From contig CALQZS010000001.1 in NCBI GenBank assembly GCA_943349945.1, positions 51,339 to 115,338 of the forward strand: a stretch of DNA of 64,000 nt, given 5' to 3'. A program made the position numbers and the translations under genes. The notes below the pieces were generated by a model that had not been told where the DNA came from, searched no databases, and worked only from the letters and a program-made list of their open reading frames with translations. How positions within the stretch are numbered: position 1 is the first letter of the stretch; the number at the start of each line of letters is the position of its first letter. Source of the DNA: Candidatus Nomurabacteria bacterium (GTDB lineage Bacteria; Patescibacteriota; Minisyncoccia; Phycocordibacterales; SBAW01). Below, piece by piece: positions 8,238 to 16,617 of this stretch.

Positions 8238-9661
8238 CTTCCCTCATACTCGAAGCCGAGTCAACAAGAGTTTTTTTCTTGATACACGGGTATACAGGCA
8301 GCTCGGACGACTTTCATAACTTGCCAGGTATTTTGCATAAAAAATTTAACGCAAACGTTAAAGTTATTTTGTTGCCTGGGCACGGCACCAAAGTTGAAGA
8401 CCTCGACCACATCACCTACGCAGATTTTATGTACGTGCTGCGCAACGAACTAGAAAAAGAACTGTCGAAGGGTATGGAGGTTATCTTAGGCGGGGTAAGT
8501 ATGGGTGGGCTGTTTGCGCTCTTACTTGCAGCCGAATACCCCGTACAAGGAGTTTTTAACGTTTCCTCTCCCTATGTTATGAAGTTTCCCTTTAACCTAC
8601 CTGGCTTAAAATACATTCTGAAGTACAAAAAATACTGGAAAAAGGCAACACAATCGTCGACACATTCAAAAACATCTGGGTCGTTTAGTTACACGCATAT
8701 GCACTCTAATGGATTTTATATAGCCGTGCAGGCAAAAAAAGAACTGCGGCGCGTTCTAAAAAATGTATCCAGCCCTCTACTCACCATATTTTCCACCAAA
8801 GATGACATTGGGCACATACGGTCGGTACGCAGCATACAAGAGGGCGCAAACTCCAGCATCAAAAGAGAGGGCATCTTCCACATAGAGCCGCATAATGTAT
8901 TTTATTCTAATGAAGACCACAAGGTAAATGATGAGATAGTACGATTTATTGAATATATAGATTTGCCAGAAAAGCACTTAGGCAGCCGCGAAAAAATTGC
9001 AGCCATTATCCCCGCCTATAACGAAGGGTCAAGAATAGAAGCAGTTTTGCGCGCAGTGACCGCTGTTTCTTTGATAGACGAGGTGATTGTTGTAGATGAC
9101 GGCTCTACAGACAATACACGCGAAGTAGTAACAAAATTTCCCAACGTCACCTACATACAAAACGAAGTAAATATTGGCAAAGCAGGCTCGCTAGACAAAG
9201 GAGTGACCCACACAGACGCATCTATATTGTTTTTCTGTGATGCCGATCTTAGAGGCATCACGCCTACAATGATTGAGCAGATACTCGAACCCGTCCTATT
9301 TCGCACATACGCGATGTTTATCGGCTTGCGCAATAATCCCATGCAAAAATCTGTGCACTTGTTTGCAATAAATTCTGGCGAACGCGCCCTAACACGAGAA
9401 GTATGGGAGAAACTACCCCACTATTTTAAACACCGATACCGAGTCGAAGCTGGCTTAAATTATATGGTACGAAAATATTTTGGAGGATTTGGCTACCGAA
9501 CCTTCGATTACTCGCAGCCCTTAAAAGAGAGCAAGTACGGACTAGTGAGAGGCACTTACTTGCGCTGGAGCATGAATATGGACGTCTTGCTAGCCTATAC
9601 TCGAGAAATTATCGAGCGGCTTTTTCGACCGCAAAGACTCTATACTTGCCATGACAAATAA
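8219..9661 (+). CDS. fusion protein: N-terminal alpha/beta-hydrolase (esterase) domain and C-terminal family-2 glycosyltransferase domain
   Basis: GVSMGG nucleophile elbow in the N-terminal half. The C-terminal half has IIPAYNEGSRIE...VVDDGSTDNT...CDADL. Low GC. Confidence 0.75.
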   Translation: MAPKEITSLILEAESTRVFFLIHGYTGSSDDFHNLPGILHKKFNANVKVILLPGHGTKVEDLDHITYADFMYVLRNELEKELSKGMEVILGGVSMGGLFALLLAAEYPVQGVFNVSSPYVMKFPFNLPGLKYILKYKKYWKKATQSSTHSKTSGSFSYTHMHSNGFYIAVQAKKELRRVLKNVSSPLLTIFSTKDDIGHIRSVRSIQEGANSSIKREGIFHIEPHNVFYSNEDHKVNDEIVRFIEYIDLPEKHLGSREKIAAIIPAYNEGSRIEAVLRAVTAVSLIDEVIVVDDGSTDNTREVVTKFPNVTYIQNEVNIGKAGSLDKGVTHTDASILFFCDADLRGITPTMIEQILEPVLFRTYAMFIGLRNNPMQKSVHLFAINSGERALTREVWEKLPHYFKHRYRVEAGLNYMVRKYFGGFGYRTFDYSQPLKESKYGLVRGTYLRWSMNMDVLLAYTREIIERLFRPQRLYTCHDK

Positions 9662-9688
9662 GCCTCTTTTTGCTACAGTAGGGCCAAC

Positions 9689-9764
9689 GCGCGGTTAGCT
9701 CAGTTGGTAGAGCATCCCCTTGACGTGGGGAGGGTCACAGGTTCGAGTCCTGTATCGCGCACCA
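9689..9764 (+). tRNA. tRNA-Val (anticodon GAC), CCA encoded
   Basis: GCGCGGTTAGCTCAGTTGGTAGAGC...TTGACGT...GGTTCGAGTCC...GCGCACCA. Confidence 0.9.
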
Positions 9765-10603
9765 TGGATTTCAAAGACAGAGTCATCCTCTACCACGGCA
9801 ACTGCCTCGACGGCTTTGGCGCGGCGTATGCTGCCTGGAAAAAATTTGGCGACTCCGCAAGTTATATTGCAGTCTTCCATGGCGACGCACCACCTACAGG
9901 ACTTGAGGGTAAGGAGGTATACATCGCCGACTTTAGCTATCCAAAAGAGCAGCTACTCGAGCTGGAGAGGCAGGCAAAGCGCCTGGTCGTGCTCGACCAT
10001 CACGAAGGGGCAAAGGGGTATGTCGAGCTTGTTCGCGAGCACATCTTCGACAACGACCGCTCGGGCAGCGGCATCGCGTGGGAGTATTTTAACCCCAACA
10101 TTCCCCTGCCTCGCCTACTTGCCTACATACAAGACGGCGACTTGTGGCGACACAGCCTGCCGCAGTGGCGCGAAGTTGGGGCATATCTAAGCACCGCGGC
10201 ATTTACCTTCGAAACCTTTGACACCCTCGCCATAACATTTGCAGACGATGTGGAGTTTGAAAAAATAATCCAAAAAGGCGCAGCCTTTGCCGAGTATCGC
10301 GACTACCTGTGCCAAAAGTTTATCGAGAACGCAGAAGAGGTGCAGCTGGACGAGTTTAGTGTGCTTGCCGTCAACACGCCGCGGCTTTTTAATTCTCAAG
10401 TGGGCAACCTGTTAGCACAGAAGCATCCACCCTTTGCAATTGTGTGGTATCCAAGTGATAAAGATTGGCATTTTTCGCTCCGCGGCACAGGCGAAGTAGA
10501 CTTGGCTGCTGTGGCACAGCGCCGCGGCGGCAACGGCCATCACAATGCGGCAAGCTTCCGTATCCCCTTTGGACAACCATTCCCGTTTACTCGCAAAGGT
10601 TAG
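9764..10603 (+). CDS. nrnA: DHH/DHHA1 phosphoesterase (NrnA-like nanoRNase/pAp phosphatase)
   Basis: Motifs VLDHH and GGNGHHNAASF. The ATG overlaps the tRNA-Val CCA by 1 nt. Confidence 0.8.
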   Translation: MDFKDRVILYHGNCLDGFGAAYAAWKKFGDSASYIAVFHGDAPPTGLEGKEVYIADFSYPKEQLLELERQAKRLVVLDHHEGAKGYVELVREHIFDNDRSGSGIAWEYFNPNIPLPRLLAYIQDGDLWRHSLPQWREVGAYLSTAAFTFETFDTLAITFADDVEFEKIIQKGAAFAEYRDYLCQKFIENAEEVQLDEFSVLAVNTPRLFNSQVGNLLAQKHPPFAIVWYPSDKDWHFSLRGTGEVDLAAVAQRRGGNGHHNAASFRIPFGQPFPFTRKG

Positions 10604-10605
10604 TT

Positions 10606-11850
10606 ATGCGTGTACTAGCAATAGAAACGTCGTGCGATGAGACAGGTATCGCGATAGTAGAAGGTATAAAAACTAGCGCACCAGGAGGTTTTACCTTTAC
10701 CCTTTTGGGTGCTGCGGCGCTCAACTCGCAAGCAGCACTGCACGCACACTACGGCGGCGTCTTTCCCAGCCTTGCCAAGCGCGAGCACGAAAAAAACTTG
10801 CCGGTTATTTTAGCGCAGGCACTAATGCATGCACAGCCGAAATTCGCACGAGAAAATAGTCTGGCCCGAAGCTCGTCCGAAGACGAGCAAGGGAGAACCG
10901 AGGACTTTTTCGAGGCGAATTTTGGCGAAGCAATAAACGCTTTACACATAGACGCCATAGCCGTGACCCAAGGCCCTGGGCTTGAACCCGCACTGTGGAC
11001 AGGTATCACCTTTGCACAAAACCTCGCAAAAGAAACAGGACTGCCGTTGTTGCTAGCCAACCATATGGAAGGGCATCTTATCTCATCTCTTGCACAACCC
11101 GAACATTCTAGCATTCTGCAGAATGCTAGAATGTTTACACTAGAAAATGTGCAGCTACCAGTGCTTGCACTGCTCATCTCGGGCGGACACAGCGAATTTG
11201 TGTTGATGAAAAACTGGTTCGAATACTCCGTAGTGGGAGAGACACAAGACGACGCCGTAGGCGAAGCCTTCGACAAAGTTGCACGCATGCTCGGACTCCC
11301 CTACCCAGGCGGCCCCGAGATATCCAAAATTGCTGATGTCGCTAGAAAAGCGAAGATGCAGAGTTTGGAGGGGCTCCACAGCGCGTCTGCATCTTCGCTT
11401 GTTCTCCCACGCCCTATGCTCCACAGCAAAAATTTAGACCTTTCTTTTTCTGGACTCAAGACCGCTGTACTGTACGCGCTGCGCGACTTGGGCGGCATAC
11501 AAAAACTATCGCACGAGCAGATAGCAGAATTTGCCCGAGAGTTTGAAGATGCCGTAGCCGACGTGCTGGTAGCCAAAACTCGGCGCGCATTGGAAGAAAC
11601 TGGCGCCCAAACATTTGTAATCGGCGGCGGTGTTGCAGCAAACACCTACCTACGCGAGAGGCTTAGCGCGTGCGTGCAAAACGAGTTCCCCCACGTGGCC
11701 CTGCGACTCCCCGACCTCTCTATAACAGGCGACAACGGCATCATGGTGGCACAGGCTGCGCTTGCCCGCGCACTTTCTGGCTTGGACGACACCCCAAAGG
11801 GCGAGGTACGCGCCTACAGCAATAGGTTCTCGATTTTAGCGCCAAAATAG
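10606..11850 (+). CDS. tsaD: tRNA N6-adenosine threonylcarbamoyltransferase TsaD
   Basis: Contains LAIETSCDETGIAIV and VIGGGVAANTYLRERL. Start is taken at MRVLAIE within ORF 10465..11850. Confidence 0.9.
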   Translation: MRVLAIETSCDETGIAIVEGIKTSAPGGFTFTLLGAAALNSQAALHAHYGGVFPSLAKREHEKNLPVILAQALMHAQPKFARENSLARSSSEDEQGRTEDFFEANFGEAINALHIDAIAVTQGPGLEPALWTGITFAQNLAKETGLPLLLANHMEGHLISSLAQPEHSSILQNARMFTLENVQLPVLALLISGGHSEFVLMKNWFEYSVVGETQDDAVGEAFDKVARMLGLPYPGGPEISKIADVARKAKMQSLEGLHSASASSLVLPRPMLHSKNLDLSFSGLKTAVLYALRDLGGIQKLSHEQIAEFAREFEDAVADVLVAKTRRALEETGAQTFVIGGGVAANTYLRERLSACVQNEFPHVALRLPDLSITGDNGIMVAQAALARALSGLDDTPKGEVRAYSNRFSILAPK

Positions 11851-11863
11851 CCTAGAATAGCGT

Positions 11864-13951
11864 ATGCCCGAGAAATTTCTCAAACCTTATAACGCATCTG
11901 CTGCCGAGGCAGATATATACAAAAAATGGGAGGAAAGTGGCTACTTTAACCCCGACAATTTGCCGGGCGAGCGCAGCGAGCCCTTTACCATTATCATGCC
12001 GCCGCCCAACGCCAACGGCAGCCTCCACGCGGGCCACGCATTGTTTGTAACCATCCAAGACATCATGATGCGCTTTGAGCGCATGCGTAGCAAAAAAGCG
12101 CTCTGGCTCCCCGGGGCAGACCACGCCGGGTTTGAAACCCAAGTAGTGTACGAACGCCAACTCGAAAAGAGCGGCCGTTCGCGTTTTGAGATGCAGCCGG
12201 AAGATCTTTACAAAGAGATCATGGACTTTACCCTTGCCAACAAATCCTTTATGGAAGGGCAGCTGCGCCAATTGGGCGCGAGCTGCGACTGGTCGCGCGA
12301 AATGTTTACGCTCGACGAGCGAGTCGTCAAAACGGTCTACAGTACCTTCCAAAAACTGCACGACGACGGACTGCTCTATCGCGGCTCGCGCATCGTCAAC
12401 TGGTGCCCCAAACATCAAACATCTCTCTCAAACCTCGAGACAGAGCGCGAGACTCGCACCGACAACTTTTACTATTTGAAATACGGCCCCTTTACCATAG
12501 CGACCGCCCGTCCCGAGACAAAGTTTGGCGACAAGTACGTGGTGATGCACCCTGAAGACCCTCGCTACGCACAGTACAAGGCCGGCGACACCTTTGAGCT
12601 GGAGTGGATAAACGGCCCCATCACCGCAACGGTTGTTAAAGACGAGGCAATAGACATGGAGTTGGGTACTGGCGTCATGACCATCACCCCATGGCACGAT
12701 CAGGCCGACTTTGACATTGCACAGCGCCACAACCTGCCTTTTGATCAAGTGATAGATTGGCGCGGCAAGCTGCTCCCTGTGGCGGGCGAATTTGCAGGGA
12801 TGAATATAAAAGATGCGCGCGCAAAGATTGTCGAAAAACTCCAAGAAAAAGGCCTGGTTGAGAAAATTGACGAAAAATATACTCACGAAGTACCGGTGTG
12901 CTACAAATGCAGCCGCGAGATAGAGCCTCAAGTGCGCCCACAGTGGTTTGTGAAGATGCAGCCGCTCGCAGCGCGCGCGATAACTGCCATAAAAAACGGA
13001 GAGGTTAAGGTTTTGACCGAACAGCACGAAAAAGTTCTGCTCCATTGGCTCGAAAATATTCAAGACTGGAATATCTCACGCCAAATTATCTGGGGCATCC
13101 CTATACCTGCATGGAGTAAAGGCGACGAGTGGAAAATTGGCGCAGACTCGCCCGGCGACGGATGGGTACGCGACCCCGACACTTTCGACACTTGGTTTTC
13201 ATCCGGTCAGTGGCCCTTCGCAACGCTTCAGTTCCCCGACGGTACTGATTTCAAAACCTACTACCCCACAACCGTCATGGAGACGGGGGCAGACATCCTA
13301 TTTTTTTGGGTGGCGCGCATGATTATGCTCGGACTCTACCGCACCGGCGAAGTACCGTTTAAGTACGTCTACCTCCACGGCATGGTACGCGACGCAAAAG
13401 GACAGAAGATGAGTAAATCTAAGGGTAATGTTATCTCCCCTATCGACGTTTCAAGCCAATACGGTACCGACGCACTGCGTATGGGGCTGGTAGTGGGCAA
13501 CACGCCTGGTACCGATATGAATCTTGACCCAAAGAAAATTGAGGCGTACAAAAAATTTGCAAACAAACTTTGGAATATCACTCGTTTTGTACTAGAAAAC
13601 GGCCTCGGCGACCACACACAAGCAGGTGGTGCCCTAGTAGAGGAATTTGATGCACTCGCCCAAGACGTAACTCACGAGATGGAGCTTTTTCACTTTCATC
13701 TTGCGGCAGAAAAGCTCTACCACTACGTCTGGGACCGCTTTGCGAGCGAGATATTGGAAGACAGCAAAACACTACTCAAAGGCGAAGACAGCGCACAAAA
13801 AGCCGCACGCCAAAGCGAACTTGCCTACATTTTGCGCGGCACACTCAAACTCCTGCACCCATTTATGCCGTTTATAACCGAAGAAATCTGGGGATCATTG
13901 CCCCACAATACACAGACCCTGCTGATGGTCGAGTCCTGGCCTACAAAATAG
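11864..13951 (+). CDS. valS: valyl-tRNA synthetase (short form without C-terminal coiled coil)
   Basis: HIGH-type motif PPPNANGSLHAGHA and KMSKS. The ValRS-like editing and core domains are present. Confidence 0.8.
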   Translation: MPEKFLKPYNASAAEADIYKKWEESGYFNPDNLPGERSEPFTIIMPPPNANGSLHAGHALFVTIQDIMMRFERMRSKKALWLPGADHAGFETQVVYERQLEKSGRSRFEMQPEDLYKEIMDFTLANKSFMEGQLRQLGASCDWSREMFTLDERVVKTVYSTFQKLHDDGLLYRGSRIVNWCPKHQTSLSNLETERETRTDNFYYLKYGPFTIATARPETKFGDKYVVMHPEDPRYAQYKAGDTFELEWINGPITATVVKDEAIDMELGTGVMTITPWHDQADFDIAQRHNLPFDQVIDWRGKLLPVAGEFAGMNIKDARAKIVEKLQEKGLVEKIDEKYTHEVPVCYKCSREIEPQVRPQWFVKMQPLAARAITAIKNGEVKVLTEQHEKVLLHWLENIQDWNISRQIIWGIPIPAWSKGDEWKIGADSPGDGWVRDPDTFDTWFSSGQWPFATLQFPDGTDFKTYYPTTVMETGADILFFWVARMIMLGLYRTGEVPFKYVYLHGMVRDAKGQKMSKSKGNVISPIDVSSQYGTDALRMGLVVGNTPGTDMNLDPKKIEAYKKFANKLWNITRFVLENGLGDHTQAGGALVEEFDALAQDVTHEMELFHFHLAAEKLYHYVWDRFASEILEDSKTLLKGEDSAQKAARQSELAYILRGTLKLLHPFMPFITEEIWGSLPHNTQTLLMVESWPTK

Positions 13952-13967
13952 ACGGTATACTGCAAGG

Positions 13968-14651
13968 GTGACACCGTTGGTGCTTTTTATTGCGTTTTTA
14001 GGAGGCATACTACCAGCCTGTATATGGCTGTTTTTTTGGCTACTCGAAGACCGCTGCGAGCCCGAGCCAAAGCGCTACATCTTTTTATCTTTTTTGGCCG
14101 GCATGGTGGGTGTGTTGGTAGTGTTGCCGCTCGAGCAACTAGCAGAAGGATATCTTGCTGGCACAGCGCTACTTTTTGCTTGGGCGGCACTAGAAGAGTT
14201 GGTGAAATTTGGCGCAGCGTATGTTGCCCTGCGAAGCGCCTTTTTTGACGAACCGCTTGATGCGGTCATATACCTTGTAACCGCAGCTCTGGGCTTTGCA
14301 GCACTAGAGAACGCGCTGTTTATGTTGGCACCGCTTATGGACGGCGACTTTTTGCGCAGCGTCATCACCGGAAACTTGCGGTTTATGGGCGCCATGCTTT
14401 TGCACACACTTGCTTCGGCAACTATAGGCATAGCCATAGCACTTTCGTTTTATAAACCAGCCGCCACGCGCAAAATGGTGGCCGCAGCCGGAGTTGTCCT
14501 TGCGATTGTCTTGCACACTCTTTTTAATTTTTTTATACTGAATGGAGGAAACGATGCAACGTTCTGGATTTTCCTTTGTATCTGGGTCGGTATTGTTGCA
14601 GCGCTACTGTTGGTTGAGCGGGTTAAACAGCCCGCACGTGATTATTGTTAA
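13968..14651 (+). CDS. PrsW-family intramembrane metalloprotease
   Basis: Multi-TM protein with EELVK, F..H and HTLFN motifs. Confidence 0.7.
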   Translation: MTPLVLFIAFLGGILPACIWLFFWLLEDRCEPEPKRYIFLSFLAGMVGVLVVLPLEQLAEGYLAGTALLFAWAALEELVKFGAAYVALRSAFFDEPLDAVIYLVTAALGFAALENALFMLAPLMDGDFLRSVITGNLRFMGAMLLHTLASATIGIAIALSFYKPAATRKMVAAAGVVLAIVLHTLFNFFILNGGNDATFWIFLCIWVGIVAALLLVERVKQPARDYC

Positions 14652-14672
14652 ACATTAGCACCGCACATATCT

Positions 14673-15167
14673 ATGGCTCGAGAAAAAAGATCACTATTTG
14701 ACTGGCTCACCGGCAGCGCTGGTGCAAGCGAGGACTATTCTTTTGAGGATCTCGAGAGCGGTGGTGCAGCCTATGCTCCACGCATACCCGCACATGCCGA
14801 GCGCTCTGTGCCGGTCATGAGCGTCGAGGAAGAGGCCGACGGCGAACTTGCGGTAGATGTCTACCAAACTCCTACCCACATCATCATCAAAGCCATGATA
14901 GCCGGTGTACGCCCCGAAGACCTAGACGTCTCTATTACCCGCGACATGGTGACACTGCGAGGCAAGCGAGAAAAACATGTCGAAGGCAACGCTGGGGACT
15001 TCTTCTTTTCGGAATTATACTGGGGCTCTTTTTCGCGCACTATTGTGCTGCCACAAGAGGTAGAAATAGAAGAAGCAGAAGCAAACGAGAAGCACGGCCT
15101 GCTTACTATACGCCTGCCCAAGCTCGACAAAGGCCGCCAAGCAAAGCTTAAAATAAAGTCTAACTGA
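14673..15167 (+). CDS. Hsp20/alpha-crystallin small heat-shock protein
   Basis: Alpha-crystallin domain with DVYQTP...GLLTIRLPK. Confidence 0.85.
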   Translation: MAREKRSLFDWLTGSAGASEDYSFEDLESGGAAYAPRIPAHAERSVPVMSVEEEADGELAVDVYQTPTHIIIKAMIAGVRPEDLDVSITRDMVTLRGKREKHVEGNAGDFFFSELYWGSFSRTIVLPQEVEIEEAEANEKHGLLTIRLPKLDKGRQAKLKIKSN

Positions 15168-15172
15168 GGAGT

Positions 15173-15499
15173 TTAGTGTTTTTCTTCTTTAATCCTTTTT
15201 GCGAGTTTGTCCATTTGTTTTGGAAATTCTGTTTCAAGGTCAATACCAAGCGCATCTGCTACTCGAATAGTTGACCACAAACAGTCACAAACTTCATGCC
15301 GGAGCTTTTCGTCAAGATCTTCAGCGGGAGCGCGCACACCCGACTTCATCAGAACTAACCGCGCAAGCGTGCCTAAATCTTCCATAAACCCTTGCATGTA
15401 ATGCTGCAGCTCCCATTTAGAGTGACCTTGTTCTTTATTAAGCTGATCGTATAAGAAACTAATTTCCCGAGCTTTTTTTGCAAGTTCTTGAAATTCCAT
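15173..15499 (-). CDS. MazG-like nucleotide pyrophosphohydrolase domain protein
   Basis: MazG-type helical fold motifs (EDLGTLARLVL, CDCLWSTIRVADALGIDLE). The start is 5 nt downstream of the tRNA-Phe CCA. Confidence 0.7.
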   Translation of the reverse strand: MEFQELAKKAREISFLYDQLNKEQGHSKWELQHYMQGFMEDLGTLARLVLMKSGVRAPAEDLDEKLRHEVCDCLWSTIRVADALGIDLETEFPKQMDKLAKRIKEEKH

Positions 15500-15504
15500 A
15501 CTTT

Positions 15505-15580
15505 TGGTGCTCGGGGCCGGGCTCGAACCGGCGACCCCTTCCTCTTCAGGGAAATGCTCTACCAACTGAGCTACCCGAGC
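15505..15580 (-). tRNA. tRNA-Phe (anticodon GAA), CCA encoded
   Basis: GCTCGGGTAGCTCAGTTGGTAGAGC...CTGAAGA...GGTTCGAGCCC...CCCGAGCACCA. Confidence 0.9.
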
Positions 15581-15652
15581 GTTTTTGAACCTATATTACT
15601 AAAGTCCCGACGTTTTGTCGGGAGGCCGACCAATGCGTCGGCCCTACCCGAG
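15581..15652. repeat. ~60-nt twin-hairpin element (tcccgac-N5-gtcggga, ggccgac-N6-gtcggcc) followed by a 10-nt duplicate of the tRNA-Phe 5' end (ctacccgagc)
   Basis: The duplicate at 15643-15652 is identical to 15571-15580. A homologous module sits upstream of tRNA-Gly. Confidence 0.6.
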
Positions 15653-15698
15653 CATCTAACTGCTCCATCCTACCAAAAATAGGCAGAATAACAATATT

Positions 15699-15992
15699 TT
15701 ATTGTACAGGAGTTTCAGGTGATTTTGCTCCAAAACTCTGCAAGAAATCTTGCACCTGTTGCCCGCTGGCTTTAAATTGCTCGTACATTGCTTCTATTTG
15801 CCCCACGTAAGGCTGCAGGTAGATATAATACGCAGCGCCCGAAATGGCGATAATCGCTACCCACCACACAATCTGGAAAAATCGCCCCCACAGCGCACTG
15901 CGACGCAACTTGTGGACCATGCGGTTTGTGTCTTCTGCTAATTTAGTGTTTTTTTCTATGAGAGCTCGGAGCTCTTCTATATCATCGGTCAT
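15699..15992 (-). CDS. hypothetical small membrane protein
   Basis: 97 aa with a central TM helix. Confidence 0.45.
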   Translation of the reverse strand: MTDDIEELRALIEKNTKLAEDTNRMVHKLRRSALWGRFFQIVWWVAIIAISGAAYYIYLQPYVGQIEAMYEQFKASGQQVQDFLQSFGAKSPETPVQ

Positions 15993-16032
15993 GCTTCTTA
16001 TTATACCTCAAGCGTGTTAGATTTTTTATGCA

Positions 16033-16104
16033 GCCCCTGTAGTTCAATGGATAGAACAGCCCCGTCCTAAGGGGTTAATGTGGGTCCGATTCCTGCCGGG
16101 GGCA
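16033..16104 (+). tRNA. tRNA-Arg (anticodon CCT)
   Basis: GCCCCTGTAGTTCAATGGATAGAAC...GTCCTAA...TCCGATTCC...CGGGGGCA. It is followed by a nested hairpin at 16102-16151. Confidence 0.8.
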
Positions 16105-16179
16105 TGAAAGGTATAAACATTCCGCCTGCGCGGAATTTTATGCTTTCATGCCGGCCGCTTTGTGACAACGCTCAAACCC

Positions 16180-16422
16180 CTACGCCTCTACGCCCAACTT
16201 TGCTGCCAATTTTTCGCGATCAAAGCCGATCATAATATCGCCGTCGATAACAATCACCGGCACACCAAGCTGTCCTGTCATTTGAATCATCTCTTCACGC
16301 TTCGCTGCATCTACCGAGACGTCAAAGTTGGTAAACGGTATATTTTTTTCGGCAAAAAAATCTTTTGCCATTTTGCAAAAGTGGCAAGTCGGCGTGCTGT
16401 AAATAGTGACGGTTTTTTCCAT
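16180..16422 (-). CDS. glutaredoxin/NrdH-like redoxin
   Basis: CHFC active site (TCHFCKMAK) and GVPVIVIDG. Confidence 0.8.
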   Translation of the reverse strand: MEKTVTIYSTPTCHFCKMAKDFFAEKNIPFTNFDVSVDAAKREEMIQMTGQLGVPVIVIDGDIMIGFDREKLAAKLGVEA

Positions 16423-16463
16423 AAAGATGCGGTTATTGGTTAGGCATCAATTTTATCATATTT

Positions 16464-16537
16464 TGGTGCGAGTGGGGAGAATCGAACTCCCGCCCAGTGC
16501 TTGGGAAGCACTTATTCTACCACTAAACTACACTCGC
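16464..16537 (-). tRNA. tRNA-Gly (anticodon CCC), CCA encoded
   Basis: GCGAGTGTAGTTTAGTGGTAGAA...TTCCCAA...AGTTCGATTCTCC...CACTCGCACCA. Confidence 0.9.
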
Positions 16538-16605
16538 AATGTTCTACCACTAAATCCCGACGCGAGGAGGTCGGGACCCCGACTAATCGTCGGGGCTACA
16601 CTCGC
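16538..16605. repeat. ~58-nt twin-hairpin element (tcccgac-N8-gtcggga, ccccgac-N5-gtcgggg) followed by a 10-nt duplicate of the tRNA-Gly 5' end (ctacactcgc)
   Basis: The duplicate at 16596-16605 is identical to 16528-16537. Same module as at tRNA-Phe. Confidence 0.6.
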
Positions 16606-16617
16606 TTGAGAGCTAAT

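Noticed and set aside
7397-9688. tRNA-Ser 3'-end direct repeat as attL/attR of a prophage or integrative element
   Set aside because: The repeats are only 187 nt apart. No integrase, excisionase or phage gene is present in or next to the island. The same short-offset pattern occurs at three other tRNAs, which argues for a different mechanism. I kept it as a finding but not as a mobile_element feature.
16100-16151. Nested inverted repeats after tRNA-Arg as a novel element
   Set aside because: The inner 7-bp stem plus T-run behaves as a terminator. The outer 9-bp repeat (gcatgaaag / ctttcatgc) just extends the stem. It is noted in the tRNA-Arg feature evidence only.
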